Source: an uncultured Acidobacteriota bacterium
GTDB lineage: Bacteria; Acidobacteriota; Terriglobia; UBA7540
Length of the DNA: 64,000 nt
Assembly (NCBI GenBank): GCA_963804995.1
Contig: CAWDSK010000006.1
Location: 1,920,001-1,984,000 of the forward strand
Direction of reading: 5' to 3'
Shown here: positions 1 through 10,462 of the stretch, piece by piece
Numbering within the stretch: position 1 is the first letter of the stretch
How the letters are laid out: each line of letters opens with the position of its first letter
Notes under the pieces: generated by a model
Databases searched by the model: none
Told to the model about the DNA's origin: nothing
The model's input: only the letters and a program-made list of their open reading frames with translations
Program-made: the position numbers and the translations under genes

Positions 1-597
1 GAGGAACTGCAAGAGGCTGAAGAGCGACTGAGCTTTCTCGACACCCAGCGTCAGGACCTGCTCACTTCCATCGAGGATACGGCCCAGGCAATCCGGGAAA
101 TCGATCTGGTCTCCCGCCAGCAGTTCCTGGAGGCGTTTAAAGCCATCAACGGATACTTCGCGGAATCCTTCCGGACTTTGTTCGGGGGCGGGATGGGCGA
201 GATGCGGCTGGCCGATGAGAACGACGCCGACAGCGGCATCGACATTGCTGCCCAGCCTCCGGGCAAGCGTCTGCAAAACGTACTGTTGCTTTCGGGCGGC
301 GAAAAAGCCATGGCGGCCCTGGCGCTGCTTATTGCCATCTTCCGTTATACCCCCAGTCCCTTCTGCATCCTCGACGAGGTGGACGCGCCGCTCGATGAGT
401 CGAACATTGACCGGTTCACGCGCATGATCCAGAACATGAGCCGGCATACCCAGTTCATCCTGATCACTCACAACAAGCGCACCATGGAGATCGCGCAGGT
501 GCTGTATGGCGTCACCATGGAAGAGCCCGGCGTCTCGAAGCTGGTGTCGGTGCGCTTTGACGCCTTCGCCCCTGAGCCCGTGGCCGTGCCAGCCTGA
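1..597 (+). CDS. smc: Chromosome segregation protein SMC, C-terminal part (5' truncated by window)
   Basis: Frame open from base 1 (EELQEAEERLSFLDTQRQDL...). LLSGGEKA signature, Walker B/D-loop FCILDEVDAPLD, ITHNKRTM, YGVTMEEPGVSKLVSV. Confidence 0.95.
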   Translation, partial: EELQEAEERLSFLDTQRQDLLTSIEDTAQAIREIDLVSRQQFLEAFKAINGYFAESFRTLFGGGMGEMRLADENDADSGIDIAAQPPGKRLQNVLLLSGGEKAMAALALLIAIFRYTPSPFCILDEVDAPLDESNIDRFTRMIQNMSRHTQFILITHNKRTMEIAQVLYGVTMEEPGVSKLVSVRFDAFAPEPVAVPA

Positions 598-626
598 GTG
601 AGCGGCAGGCGCCCTCGCATTTCCCC

Positions 627-738
627 TGCACTGTTTTGCAGCACGCTGTCCGGGCCGCATATTAGCCCGGACCGCTCACCTTTAGAAGGGCGCCAGTAGA
701 AAGCGTCAAATCAGCCGCTCTGCACCATTTTGCAGCAC
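627..738. promoter_or_regulatory. Two near-identical NtrC/Fis-like boxes upstream of purC
   Basis: TGCACTGTTTTGCAGCAC (627-644) and TGCACCATTTTGCAGCAC (721-738); similar to the TGCACCA-N3-TGGTGCA NtrC consensus. Confidence 0.45.
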
Positions 739-850
739 ACGATTGGAACCACATTTCATGCGGCTCCGGTGGCATCCAAGGGTTGTGCGGCTAGTTGCCT
801 CTTACCCCGTACTTAGTGGGCGGGTTGCAGAATCCTCGCACACTTTTCCG

Positions 851-878
851 TTGACAACTTTTTTGGTTGCTTTAGAAT
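851..878 (+). promoter_or_regulatory. sigma70-type promoter of purC operon
   Basis: TTGACA (851-856), 16-nt spacer, TAGAAT (873-878), 23 nt before the ATG. Confidence 0.7.
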
Positions 879-901
879 GTCGGTTGCTCTGAACCAACAA
901 A

Positions 902-1804
902 ATGCAATCAACAAAACCGCCTGTACTTCTGGAAACTAATCTGTCCGGGATCAAGCTCTTTTCGCGGGGCAAGGTCCGGGATGTCTACGAACTCGGCGAC
1001 AAGCTGCTGGTTGTCGCCACGGACCGCCTTTCCGCCTTCGATGTCGTAATGCGCGAGGGAATCCCTGACAAGGGCCGCGTGCTGACGCAGCTTTCTTGCT
1101 TCTGGTTTGATTTCATCAAAGAGTGGATTCCCCACCATTTCATCACGGCCCGGCTGGCTGACTATCCTGCGGGGCTGCACGCCTTCGCGGACCAACTGGA
1201 AGGCCGCTCGATGCTGGTGGAGAAGGCGGAGCCCTTCCCCATTGAGTGCGTGGTGCGGGGATATCTGGCCGGGTCAGGCCTGAAGGAATACCGGGCCACG
1301 GGAAAAGTGTGTGGCATCAAGCTCCCGGCGGGATTGCAGGAATCTTCGCGGCTGGAAAACCCCATCTTCACTCCCTCCACCAAAGCGCAGGTGGGCCACG
1401 ACGAGAACATCACCTGGGAAGACATGGTCTCGCGCATCGGAAGCGAGGCTGCTGGAAAGCTGCGGGAGCTCAGTTTGGGACTTTACACCCGAGCGCGGGA
1501 ATTTGCCGAGGGCCGTGGCATCCTGATTGCTGATACCAAGTTTGAGTGGGGAATCCAAGGCGGCCGCATCATCCTGATCGATGAGGTGCTGACCCCTGAC
1601 TCCTCGCGATTCTGGCCGCAAAAGGATTACGCGCCCGGCCGACCCCAACCTTCGTTCGACAAGCAATTCGTGCGCGATTACCTGGAGTCTCTCCACTGGA
1701 ATAAACAGCCTCCGCCACCGCCCCTGCCGCCGGAGGTAGTGGGGAGAACCAGTGAGAAGTACCGGGAAGCTTATCGGTTGCTGACGGGACGTTCCCTCAA
1801 CTGA
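902..1804 (+). CDS. purC: SAICAR synthetase
   Basis: [57 protein letters not shown]. Confidence 0.97.
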   Translation: MQSTKPPVLLETNLSGIKLFSRGKVRDVYELGDKLLVVATDRLSAFDVVMREGIPDKGRVLTQLSCFWFDFIKEWIPHHFITARLADYPAGLHAFADQLEGRSMLVEKAEPFPIECVVRGYLAGSGLKEYRATGKVCGIKLPAGLQESSRLENPIFTPSTKAQVGHDENITWEDMVSRIGSEAAGKLRELSLGLYTRAREFAEGRGILIADTKFEWGIQGGRIILIDEVLTPDSSRFWPQKDYAPGRPQPSFDKQFVRDYLESLHWNKQPPPPPLPPEVVGRTSEKYREAYRLLTGRSLN

Positions 1805-1834
1805 GGTAAGACCGCCGCAGTTTGCGAAAGCATC

Positions 1835-2386
1835 ATGGCCACGTGGAATTGGTTGGACTGGATTTTCACCGCGATTGTTCTGATTTCCGTGGTCGCGGCC
1901 GCGATGAAGGGGTTCGTCCAGGAGTTGATTTCGCTGGCCTCCGTTGTAGTAGGACTGGTGGTGGCTGCGATCGGGTACCCCCGGGCGGCGCTTTGGTTCG
2001 ACGATCTGACCAAATCGCACCAGGTCGCCCTGGGGATGGGGTTCCTGGTCCTATTTCTGGGCACGCTGATCGTGGGTGCGCTCATCGGCGTGCTGGCCCG
2101 GAAGCTGATCAAGACCGCTGGGTTACAAGGGTTCGATCGCTTCCTGGGTGCAATCTTTGGCTTGGTGCGTGGCGTGCTCGTCGACTCCATTTTGATCTTG
2201 GTGCTCGTGGCCTTCGCCATCAAGCCGGAAGCGGTGCGTGAATCGGCCCTGGCGCCTTATGTGACCACCGGGACGCGGGTCATCGTGTTGGTCATGCCAG
2301 AGAACTTGAAAGCGCAGTTCCAACTGGGTTTCGAGAAGTTTCGCGAAGCGATTATCCAGAGCGACAAGCACGCGACAAAGAACTAA
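1835..2386 (+). CDS. cvpA: CvpA (colicin V production) family membrane protein
   Basis: NWLDW..., KGFVQELISL, four TM segments, DRFLGAIFGLVRG; next to a purine gene. Confidence 0.9.
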   Translation: MATWNWLDWIFTAIVLISVVAAAMKGFVQELISLASVVVGLVVAAIGYPRAALWFDDLTKSHQVALGMGFLVLFLGTLIVGALIGVLARKLIKTAGLQGFDRFLGAIFGLVRGVLVDSILILVLVAFAIKPEAVRESALAPYVTTGTRVIVLVMPENLKAQFQLGFEKFREAIIQSDKHATKN

Positions 2387-2426
2387 TCCGTGGACGACAG
2401 AAATTCTTGCTGACCGGAGCGCTGCC

Positions 2427-2660
2427 GTGAAAGATCAACTTGAATCCCTGGTCAACCAGATGATTGAGCACGGCATTCTTTTCACCGATGCAGTTTCGGA
2501 ATTTGAAAAGCGCTTCATCAAGCGGATGCTGGACAAGAATAATGGCAATCACTCCAGAACCGCCATGGCGCTGGGCATTCACCGTAACACTTTAAGCCGC
2601 AAGGTGGATGACCTGGATCTTGACCATCGTCCGAAACGGCGCCGGCGCAACTCTCGCTGA
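2427..2660 (+). CDS. Small Fis-family (HTH_8) DNA-binding protein
   Basis: FEKRFIKRMLDKNNGNHSRTAMALGIHRNTLSRK is a Fis/NtrC C-terminal HTH; GTG start after GGAG. Confidence 0.88.
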   Translation: MKDQLESLVNQMIEHGILFTDAVSEFEKRFIKRMLDKNNGNHSRTAMALGIHRNTLSRKVDDLDLDHRPKRRRRNSR

Positions 2661-2891
2661 ACGAAATTCCCCATGGGGACGGTTTTAAGCTGCTCCGATA
2701 GGTCCCCCTGCGCATGCCGAACCTCATCCTGAAGATTAGCGACCCGCTGCATTCCTCCGACTGATAACTTGGTATGGATTCCCTACCCGATAGAGCCATG
2801 TCCCTTGAGCGGTCGGAAGGGCGGATATTTCGACACGCGTCCGGGTAGCTCCATGGCTCGTGAATTAAGTGGGGGGGTCACGGTGGGAAAG

Positions 2892-2935
2892 CAGAAGCAG
2901 GGTCGCCGCGCTCGTCGCGGCTCCCTGCCTCTGCA
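2892..2935. terminator. GC-rich hairpin between convergent genes (possible bidirectional terminator or REP)
   Basis: GCAGAAGCAGGG-TCGCCGCG...CGCGGC-TCCCTGCCTCTGC imperfect stem. Confidence 0.4.
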
Positions 2936-2974
2936 AGAGGAAGCGTCCAATCCCATCAGCCCTTCTACGCCCGG

Positions 2975-4342
2975 TCAGTTGCTTGCCGTCTTCTTCTTCG
3001 TCGTCGTGGATTTTTTGACCGGAGGCTTGGGCTTGGTTTTGGGCTGGTCGGGGACGTCCTCCGGGTTGAGGGTCCCTTCGATACTCAGCACCAGACTGGG
3101 TGTCGCCGTGTACGCCGTGATGGTTCCCTTGAAGCGAACAACATCACCCGGGCTCAGGTTTTTCACGTTGGGCTGCGTCGTGTCTTTCAGCTCGATGTCG
3201 TACGTGCCCGGCTGCGCCTTCGACTGTTCAAGGATATCGATGCGCACGGAATACTCGCCGGCGCCGCCGGTGCCCTTCTCCACGCTGTCCACAAAGCCCC
3301 CAAGCTCAAGCGGCTGGCCCTTCAGCGCATCCCATTGCTTCTGCGCTTTCTCACCACCCAGTTTCAGCGGGAACGTGATCGTGTTGAAAGCGTCAATGTT
3401 TCCGTTACCCGTGGCCTTGGGAACTTCCATCGGCGCCACCTTGAAGCCGTCCGGCGGATTCACGGCGCTGGCCGTCTGCGTGATGATGTCCTGCAACCCT
3501 TGATCGTTACCGTGGTAGTTGACATAGGCACGCTTCAGGAACTTATTGATATCATCGCCGGCGGGATTCTTGGAAGCCTGGGCCAGGGCTACGGCGCGGG
3601 CAATGTACCAAAGCGCGTGGTCGGAATCAGGCGGCGTGGAATATAGATACGCCAACCCCTCCCGATAAAACGTATAGACATCACTGGGATTATCTTCGGA
3701 GGCCGCTTTAAGAGCCGTAATCGCGCCCGGATAATCCTTGCGCTGCAGGGCTGCAAACCCAATCGCATTGTTGAACACGGCGCGCTTGGGTTTTACATAT
3801 TGAGTGAATTGTTCATCCGTAACGTTGGCAGGTTTCTGAAGCTTTTGGAGCACATCCAACCCGTGGTGCGCATCGCTGTCCGCGCGGGAGAGCTTGGAGG
3901 TGGCGTCCGGATCGTCCGCCTTGAAGGTAAACGGAAATACAAAGCTCAGGAAAGCCAATGCATCCAGGTTGTCGGGGTCGGTTTCGAGCACCTTCTTTCC
4001 AGCCTCAACGGCTTGGTCGCTCTTACCAAGCTGGAAATAGGTCTCCATCTCGGCGATATAAGCGAGCGACTTGAAATCGGAATTGGCGTACTTTTGAAGG
4101 AACGCCTCTGCCAGGGAAATCTTCTTATTCAAATCCTTTTCGGTCGCCATAGCATTGAAGGCGTCGTACTCATCCCGGCTCTTCCACTGCGGCTGCTTTG
4201 CCGCCTGGGGAGGCGCTTGCATGTGGCGCGCAGGGATCAGCCCAAGCGAACGGGCGGAGCGGCTCGCACTCCCTGCTCCAGCAGCGCCGGCCGAAAAACT
4301 GACCAGCAAGGTGATAGTCCATAGTGCAGTCAATGTCTTCAT
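2975..4342 (-). CDS. Secreted TPR-repeat protein with probable C-terminal OB-fold
   Basis: Signal peptide MKTLTALW...AGA, TPR-like helices, C-terminal GDVVRFKGTI beta strands, Lys/Thr-rich tail. Confidence 0.75.
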   Translation of the reverse strand: MKTLTALWTITLLVSFSAGAAGAGSASRSARSLGLIPARHMQAPPQAAKQPQWKSRDEYDAFNAMATEKDLNKKISLAEAFLQKYANSDFKSLAYIAEMETYFQLGKSDQAVEAGKKVLETDPDNLDALAFLSFVFPFTFKADDPDATSKLSRADSDAHHGLDVLQKLQKPANVTDEQFTQYVKPKRAVFNNAIGFAALQRKDYPGAITALKAASEDNPSDVYTFYREGLAYLYSTPPDSDHALWYIARAVALAQASKNPAGDDINKFLKRAYVNYHGNDQGLQDIITQTASAVNPPDGFKVAPMEVPKATGNGNIDAFNTITFPLKLGGEKAQKQWDALKGQPLELGGFVDSVEKGTGGAGEYSVRIDILEQSKAQPGTYDIELKDTTQPNVKNLSPGDVVRFKGTITAYTATPSLVLSIEGTLNPEDVPDQPKTKPKPPVKKSTTTKKKTASN

Positions 4343-4772
4343 TGGACAGCTACCTCGATCTTGGAATTGTGATTCGTAGGAGACCCGGGCACACCTGCTG
4401 TTGAACCCGTCAAAGGTCCTGGTGACCTCGGCGCGTACAAGTTTCCTCTTAGACGACTTACAAACCTCAGGATGACGCATTCCAAAGGATGACGCATTCC
4501 AAATACCAAGTCTTGAAGGACTTTTCAAGTAAAATCTCACTTAACCTGCCTTCCGGCTCTCTTTTTCTTCTCGCCCTGGTTTGGATGCAGAAGCGCCAGG
4601 GTGCGGCAACGCTCCGATTCCCGTGCTGGGCCTGCACCTGAATCTCTCCCTCTGAGGTTTCAAACCGGTACGTCGTGCAGAGATAATACCATATCCACGC
4701 AGGCGGGGTTGGGAGTACCACTTGCGGTCGGACTTGCGACTTGCAGCCCATCCCCCCTAAAATCACCTCAGA

Positions 4773-5585
4773 ATGGTGGAGCCTTCCCATCGTCAACTTC
4801 TCCAGCAGCGTGCTGAGATGGCCGCGGCGGCCTCCTCGCGTGCGGACATCGAGCGCTTCTTCACGGAAACCGCGAAAGAAGTTCTCCTCGCCCTGGCTGG
4901 CAATCCCCATCTTCAGGAGCGTGACCTGCTTCGCCTCTTGGAACGCAAAGACCTGCCGCAGGAGGTCGTCCGAGAAATCTCCACCCACCGCGAGGCAAAG
5001 CGCAATTATGCAGTCCAGTTTGCACTCGTGCGGCACCCCAGGGCCTCGCGCCTGGTGTCACTCCCCATCCTGAAGTTCCTCTATATTTTCGATCTTTTAC
5101 GCGTCGCTCAGACTCCCGCCGTCCCTGCCGACATCAAGATGGTCGCCGAGGAGACGATCCTAAAAAAACTTGAGGGCATGCCGCGTGGGGAAAGAATCTC
5201 TTTAGCCCGCCGGGGTACCGGCCGCCTGGCTGCCAGCCTCGTAGTCAACCCCGACCCGGAACTGATCGGCGCAGCCCTCGACAACCCCTACCTGACGGAG
5301 GGCCTCTTGCTTAAGGTTCTCACCCGCGAAAACCTTCCTCCTGCCGTGGTAGAACGAATGGCGCAGCACCAACGTTGGGGCCACCATTATTATCTGCGCC
5401 TTGCCCTCATCCGCAACCCGCTCACGCCCTTCGCGCGCGTGCTTGCCTTCCTCCCGGACATGGCGGTCTCCGACCTGCGCGACATTTGCCTTGATCACCG
5501 TATGCCTGAGGCGGTGCGCAAGTACGTTCTGGCCCATTGTGCTGCCCGCCTCAGCAAGCAACGTGGCGTCCCGCCGCGGGGATAA
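4773..5585 (+). CDS. Conserved hypothetical helical-repeat (HEAT/LRV-like) protein
   Basis: Repeated LALxxNP motifs (ALAGNPHL, ALVRHPRA, ALDNPYL, ALIRNPLTP). Confidence 0.7.
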   Translation: MVEPSHRQLLQQRAEMAAAASSRADIERFFTETAKEVLLALAGNPHLQERDLLRLLERKDLPQEVVREISTHREAKRNYAVQFALVRHPRASRLVSLPILKFLYIFDLLRVAQTPAVPADIKMVAEETILKKLEGMPRGERISLARRGTGRLAASLVVNPDPELIGAALDNPYLTEGLLLKVLTRENLPPAVVERMAQHQRWGHHYYLRLALIRNPLTPFARVLAFLPDMAVSDLRDICLDHRMPEAVRKYVLAHCAARLSKQRGVPPRG

Positions 5586-6059
5586 GCGGTCTGACCAGTT
5601 CCATCCGTGCCCCCCCGCTTTAAGCTGAGTTCCTCCTGACCCTAAAGTTGCCGCTCCTCTGACCACCACTGACAACTTCCAGACCCATTTCGTTCCTTTT
5701 TTTCACCAACCGCGCACACTCTCGCCGCTCTCCCGCGGACACGGCGTGACAGGTCTGGCCGCGTGAGGGGTCTTGTCGCGGCGGCGCGCCCATCCCAACA
5801 CACCTTCATCCCAATCCTGTCTTCCGCTCGCCGTCTCCCCTGCTACCCCTCACTCATTATTCCCACAGCTACCAATTCCTTCCGAAGCGCGTTAAGATAA
5901 GCGCGCGCTGCGGGCACTTGGAAAGGCCCCCGAGGGCAGACCCTGCGTCGCCCGCTGCCACCGTGAGCGGTGGTGGCTTGACGGTGGTTCTTCCCGTCCT
6001 GGCAACGACACTATCGGAGGCTGTCGCGAAGGCGGATTCCTGCCTCTCGAGGAGGAGCC

Positions 6060-6401
6060 ATGCAATTCAATCGATTGAGAAAGTTTTTCGCCGGGCCCTC
6101 GCCGCACCTGAGTCGCGAAGAGGCCATGAAGATTTTTAAGCGGGATCATTTCAAATGCTATTACTGTGGCCTCGACGGGCTGCACCGATTCGAGAACTGG
6201 CTGGTCCTCACCGTCGATCACGTTCATCCACACGCCAAGGGCGGAACCCGCCACATGGATAATCTTGTCACCGCCTGCCAGCCCTGCAACCTCATCAAGG
6301 GGAAGCGGGTCTTCAAGTCCCTCCAGGAAGCGAAGGAGTTTGTAGTCACCAGGCGCGAGGAGTGGCGGCAAGTCTTCCAAGAGCAAGTCAAGGCAGCTTA
6401 G
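6060..6401 (+). CDS. HNH endonuclease
   Basis: RDHFKCYYCG...TVDHVHPHAKGG...DNLVTACQPCNLIKG; strong RBS GAGGAGGAG. Confidence 0.9.
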   Translation: MQFNRLRKFFAGPSPHLSREEAMKIFKRDHFKCYYCGLDGLHRFENWLVLTVDHVHPHAKGGTRHMDNLVTACQPCNLIKGKRVFKSLQEAKEFVVTRREEWRQVFQEQVKAA

Positions 6402-6607
6402 CGCATGGGCCAGCCCGGTTTCAGGGTAAGGAATATGATCCTGTGGTGTGAAGGGCTGACGGAAATTTGGCTCGTGGACGTTCCTCAGGATCGCTGGCCT
6501 GCGGGGCAGGCGCTGGGTGGACATCTCGGGTCGAAAGGCATTGGGGCAATTCCCACCGGAGAGATGAGAGATTGAACTCTCCCTACCGATTCCCTCAACC
6601 CCTCCGG

Positions 6608-7663
6608 ATGGCGCCTACCCGATGGCCGGGCGCCGGTGGGCTGACTCCTAACGAATCGCTCTCTGTTGCTTGGGAGGAAACACTCCGCCTCCTTTTCCGC
6701 CCTTTCCAGAGGCAACGCTGGGTCAAGCTGAGTGCCGTGTGCCTGTTGTTGGGTGGAGGTACAACCACCGCGGCGTTTCAGTGGAGTTTCAGTACCCTGC
6801 CCGTTGACGTTACTTCCACGGCGGCTTTCCTCCGCCTACGCCTCATCTTGGCCCAACATTTCAGTTTGATGGTCCTGGCAGTAACCTTCACCCTGCTCTT
6901 CGCGCTGGCTCTTATCTACGTGCGTTGCGTATTCCGTTTCGTGCTGGTCGAAGCGGTAATCAAGCAGGAGGTAGCGGTCGGCCCGGCTTGGAGGAACCTT
7001 CAACCCCTCGGCCGCGCCTATTTTTTTTGGTCGCTGGGAGTGCTGGGCACGGCGTTTGTACTGGTGACAGGTGTTGTGGTTGGCTCGTTTCCTTACCTGA
7101 GCCCATCTCGCTTGCCCGGCTCCCCCCCCTGGGTTTCCTCGCTGCTGCAGGTGGTGGTCTTAACGGTCGTCGCTTTGGCAGGCTCGCTGGTGGCCGTCAC
7201 CCTCACGCTTACGGACGATTGGGTCGTCCCACTGGTTTATGCAGAGAGGATCTCCTTTCCTTCGGCCTGGAGAAAAGCCTGGCAATTGGCGCGGCGCGAT
7301 TCGGGAACTTTCCTCTACTACCTGGGGTGGCGGTTGGTGGTATCGATCGGCATCGGCGTAGCCGTGTTGTTCTTTCTTTTTCCAGTTCTGACCGGTCTGT
7401 CGTCCGGAGCCATGGTGGTTGTGGCGCTCGTTATTCTGGGACTTCGTCTGGCAGGGCTTGCCTGGGTGTGGAATCCGGCAACGATCCTTCTGGCTGCCGT
7501 CGCCTTGCTGCTGATCACCGGGTTGCTGTTCATCCTGCTCAGCGTGGCAGGTATGCCGGGCCAGGTTTTCTTACAGAATTACGGGGTACGATTTATCGCT
7601 TCACGCTCAACGTCCCTGGAAGGTCTTTGCCGCGCTTCCGCCGCCTCGAGCCGGCGGCGGTAA
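6608..7663 (+). CDS. Multi-pass membrane protein of unknown function
   Basis: About six hydrophobic segments; start uncertain (ORF open from 6467). Confidence 0.7.
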   Translation: MAPTRWPGAGGLTPNESLSVAWEETLRLLFRPFQRQRWVKLSAVCLLLGGGTTTAAFQWSFSTLPVDVTSTAAFLRLRLILAQHFSLMVLAVTFTLLFALALIYVRCVFRFVLVEAVIKQEVAVGPAWRNLQPLGRAYFFWSLGVLGTAFVLVTGVVVGSFPYLSPSRLPGSPPWVSSLLQVVVLTVVALAGSLVAVTLTLTDDWVVPLVYAERISFPSAWRKAWQLARRDSGTFLYYLGWRLVVSIGIGVAVLFFLFPVLTGLSSGAMVVVALVILGLRLAGLAWVWNPATILLAAVALLLITGLLFILLSVAGMPGQVFLQNYGVRFIASRSTSLEGLCRASAASSRRR

Positions 7664-7861
7664 CTCCTATGGCCTGGCCCATCGAAATTGTGAGGATGTA
7701 CGGCGGAGACCCTTGCGGCAATTCCCTCACCCTGCATCCGCCTTCGCACCCTTCTCTTCCGGCCGCACGTACCCCTCCGTCGCCAGCCGGTGCCCTGACA
7801 TCTGATAGCCCGGCTCAGGCAGGGTCGGACTTGAGCGGCGAGTAATGGTAGAATTCTGGAG

Positions 7862-8431
7862 ATGTTGCGGCGTGGATCTCTTTCATCGCTCTGTGCGCTC
7901 GCCCTCTGGCTGGGCGGCTGCCCCAAGCGGCAGGGTCCGGCGCATATCGTTTATGTTCCTGCTCCGGCCCCGCAAGCCGCTCGGACGGAGCCCACGCCAG
8001 GTCCTCCCGTCATGGTGATTGAAGAACCTGCGCCGCCTGAGCCCGAAGAGACTCTACCCTCCCAGACGCCAGAGCCCACGGCCCATCGCGGCCGAAGGCG
8101 TCCCGCGCATGAAGAAACTCCCGCGGCGCCCGTGGATGCCACTGAACCGGAGACCCCCGAGCCGCCGCCCACCCCGCTCCCTGCCCTCGAACCGCGTGAA
8201 AGCACCGCACGGGAAGCTTCCCTGCGGCAGCAGATTCAGCGGCTGCATGAAGACGTCCGCCTGCGTGTGGCTCGCTTGAACCAGGCCCGGCTCTCTGCCA
8301 ACGAGCGCAAGACACTCGAGGATGCACGCACCTTCTTTGCACAGTCTGAGCGAGCCCTCGCGAGTGGTGATCTCGAACGCGCCTTAAATCTGGCACGCAA
8401 GGCATCCCTGCTGGTCACGGCGCTGGAGTGA
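7862..8431 (+). CDS. Proline-rich lipoprotein with C-terminal helical bundle
   Basis: Lipobox LGGC, Pro/Glu-rich linker, C-terminal ...ALNLARKASLL. Confidence 0.75.
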   Translation: MLRRGSLSSLCALALWLGGCPKRQGPAHIVYVPAPAPQAARTEPTPGPPVMVIEEPAPPEPEETLPSQTPEPTAHRGRRRPAHEETPAAPVDATEPETPEPPPTPLPALEPRESTAREASLRQQIQRLHEDVRLRVARLNQARLSANERKTLEDARTFFAQSERALASGDLERALNLARKASLLVTALE

Positions 8432-8444
8432 GTAAGGAGAGTTG

Positions 8445-9298
8445 ATGGCAGACAAAGGTGCGGTGGTTATCACGGGTGCCTCCACGGGGATCGGCGAGGC
8501 TTGCGCCTTGCACCTCGACAAGATGGGGTTTCGCGTTTTCGCGGGAATCCGCAAGGCCGCCGACGCTGAATCCCTCAAACGGCGTGCGTCCGCGCGGCTG
8601 GTGACGCTTCGCCTGGACATCAGCGACGAAACCGAGATTGAGCGAGCTGCCGAAACCGTGAAGGAGGCCTTGCACGGCGACGGGTTGGCAGGGCTCATCA
8701 ACAATGCGGGTATCGTCGTGGGCGGCATGCTGGAATTCCTGCCGCTCGACGCTTTGCGCCGCCAGTTGGAAGTCAATGTGGTTGGCCAAATTGCCGTCAC
8801 GCAGGCTTTCCTGCCCGACCTGCGCAAGGCGCGCGGCCGCATTGTCAATATGGGTTCAGTGAGCGGGTTGATCTCCAGCCCGTTTAGCGGCGCCTATGCC
8901 GCTTCTAAATTCGCACTCGAGGCTCTACCAACGCGCTGCGCATGGAATTGCGTCCGTGGAAAATTCACGTCTCCATCGTAGAGCCCGGTTTTATTCAAAC
9001 GCCCATTGCGGAGAAGTCGCTCGCCGCCGAAGAGGCACTGCGGGCGCAACTTCCCGCAGAAGCCCTTCAGTTGTATGGATCGTATCTCGGCGCCGCGCGC
9101 GAAACCATCCAGAGAGAGGTTGCCCAGGCCGCGCCCACCGCTGTGGTGGAAAAGGCCGTAGAGCACGCGTTGCTCTCGCGGCGGCCCCGCACGCGGTATG
9201 TGGTGGGCTGCCACTCGTCCCTCGAAATCAGCCTTGGCCGCTGGCTTCCCGACCGCTGGCGCGACGCCTTGATCGCCCGGCATATGGGGCTGAAGTAG
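8445..9298 (+). CDS. SDR family oxidoreductase (single frameshift near 8927)
   Basis: TGASTGIG, INNAG, YAASKFALEAL, then continues in another frame as TNALRMELRPWKIHVSIVEPG. Confidence 0.88.
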
Positions 9299-9841
9299 GG
9301 GTTAGGGGCATAGGCGTTAAAATAGGCGCCGAATTGCTCTCGCGAGATTAAGGTGCATTTTTCGAAAACCAGCCCACGTTGCGGAAACTTCCCTGGGTAG
9401 GCGACTGCACGTCAAACTGAGCACGCGCATGGTTTCGGGTGCTCTGCCAAGACTAACTTCCTCGAAGGGGACTTCCGGGGAGTCAGCGATTGCACTTCTA
9501 CGAGTTGGCCGTTATAAGGCCAGGTGAAGGGGGCGCCTCCACGATCGTGGTTTTGTCGTAATCGTGATTCCTTGTGGTATGGACTGTTTAAGCCAGCCAT
9601 CATGCGGCCGCGCAGCAGAAATGATACTTCATGGGAAGGCGACTTTCAGGCGGAATCGGTTGGCGGGGCTATCGATCAGCTAAAATTCGGGGAGTTGACC
9701 ATGATTACCCGCTTACGAAAGGCTGTTCCCTTTAACGACTTGACGAAGCCGGAACATGGGGCTGGTTAGGCCGATCGAGTCAATGACATGCAAAACTCGC
9801 CCCGTGTCGCGCAGCGATAGTGGACGTGCTGCATTACTGGC

Positions 9842-10462
9842 TCACGCATTAGTCCTTTGAATCAATATGTCGAACAGCCTGCTTGCGTGGGCCGATGCTT
9901 CTCTCACTCTTTGGGGATTGATTAGCGCCAAAAGGGCGAATCCGTGCCTGGTTTTGTGATAGGGGCCTTTCAGGGTTGGTCGCGATGCGTGTTCGAGCAT
10001 GGGAAGCAGGGATCGCTTCAGTATTTGCTCGATGTTCGGCTGACCGGGTAGTGAACCCTCCAGAAACCCCTGGCCATAGAATTCGGTCAGTGCTTCTCGA
10101 TCGGCCAGAAACCAGGCTTCCATGCACTGAACCATCAACTGCGCCTGGTCCTCAGTAGCACCTACCGGAGGTTGCCACCCATCCCTCGCAATGAGATGTG
10201 CCCAGGCGCTTGGCGCGCCGACAGGGCCCTCCGAATCTACCAGGAGAATAATAAAGTCATCCCTTTGTTGGCGCGTAACCTGCTGCACGGCCTTGCAAAA
10301 GTCTCTATATGTTTGCCTACGGCTGCCGCAGGCAATCACGCTGAGTCTGCGCGCGGGAAGCCCAAGCTTCTCGAAGAGCTGGCGAAACCCACTGCGACAA
10401 GCGGTGGCATTATCGGTGTGTTTTTGGTCACCGCCACCCTCGACGTAGACACGGACACTCAC
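9842..10462 (-). CDS. DUF4276-family (TOPRIM/RloB-like) protein
   Basis: VYVEGGG, LLVDSEGPV, MVQCMEAWFLAD, YHKTRH; start overlaps the ATPase stop (GTGA). Confidence 0.8.
   Translation of the reverse strand: MSVRVYVEGGGDQKHTDNATACRSGFRQLFEKLGLPARRLSVIACGSRRQTYRDFCKAVQQVTRQQRDDFIILLVDSEGPVGAPSAWAHLIARDGWQPPVGATEDQAQLMVQCMEAWFLADREALTEFYGQGFLEGSLPGQPNIEQILKRSLLPMLEHASRPTLKGPYHKTRHGFALLALINPQRVREASAHASRLFDILIQRTNA

Noticed and set aside
9300..9840. Short ORFs or an ncRNA (retron-like) next to the ATPase/DUF4276 pair
   Set aside because: No recognisable motif, no reverse transcriptase gene and no clear inverted repeats.
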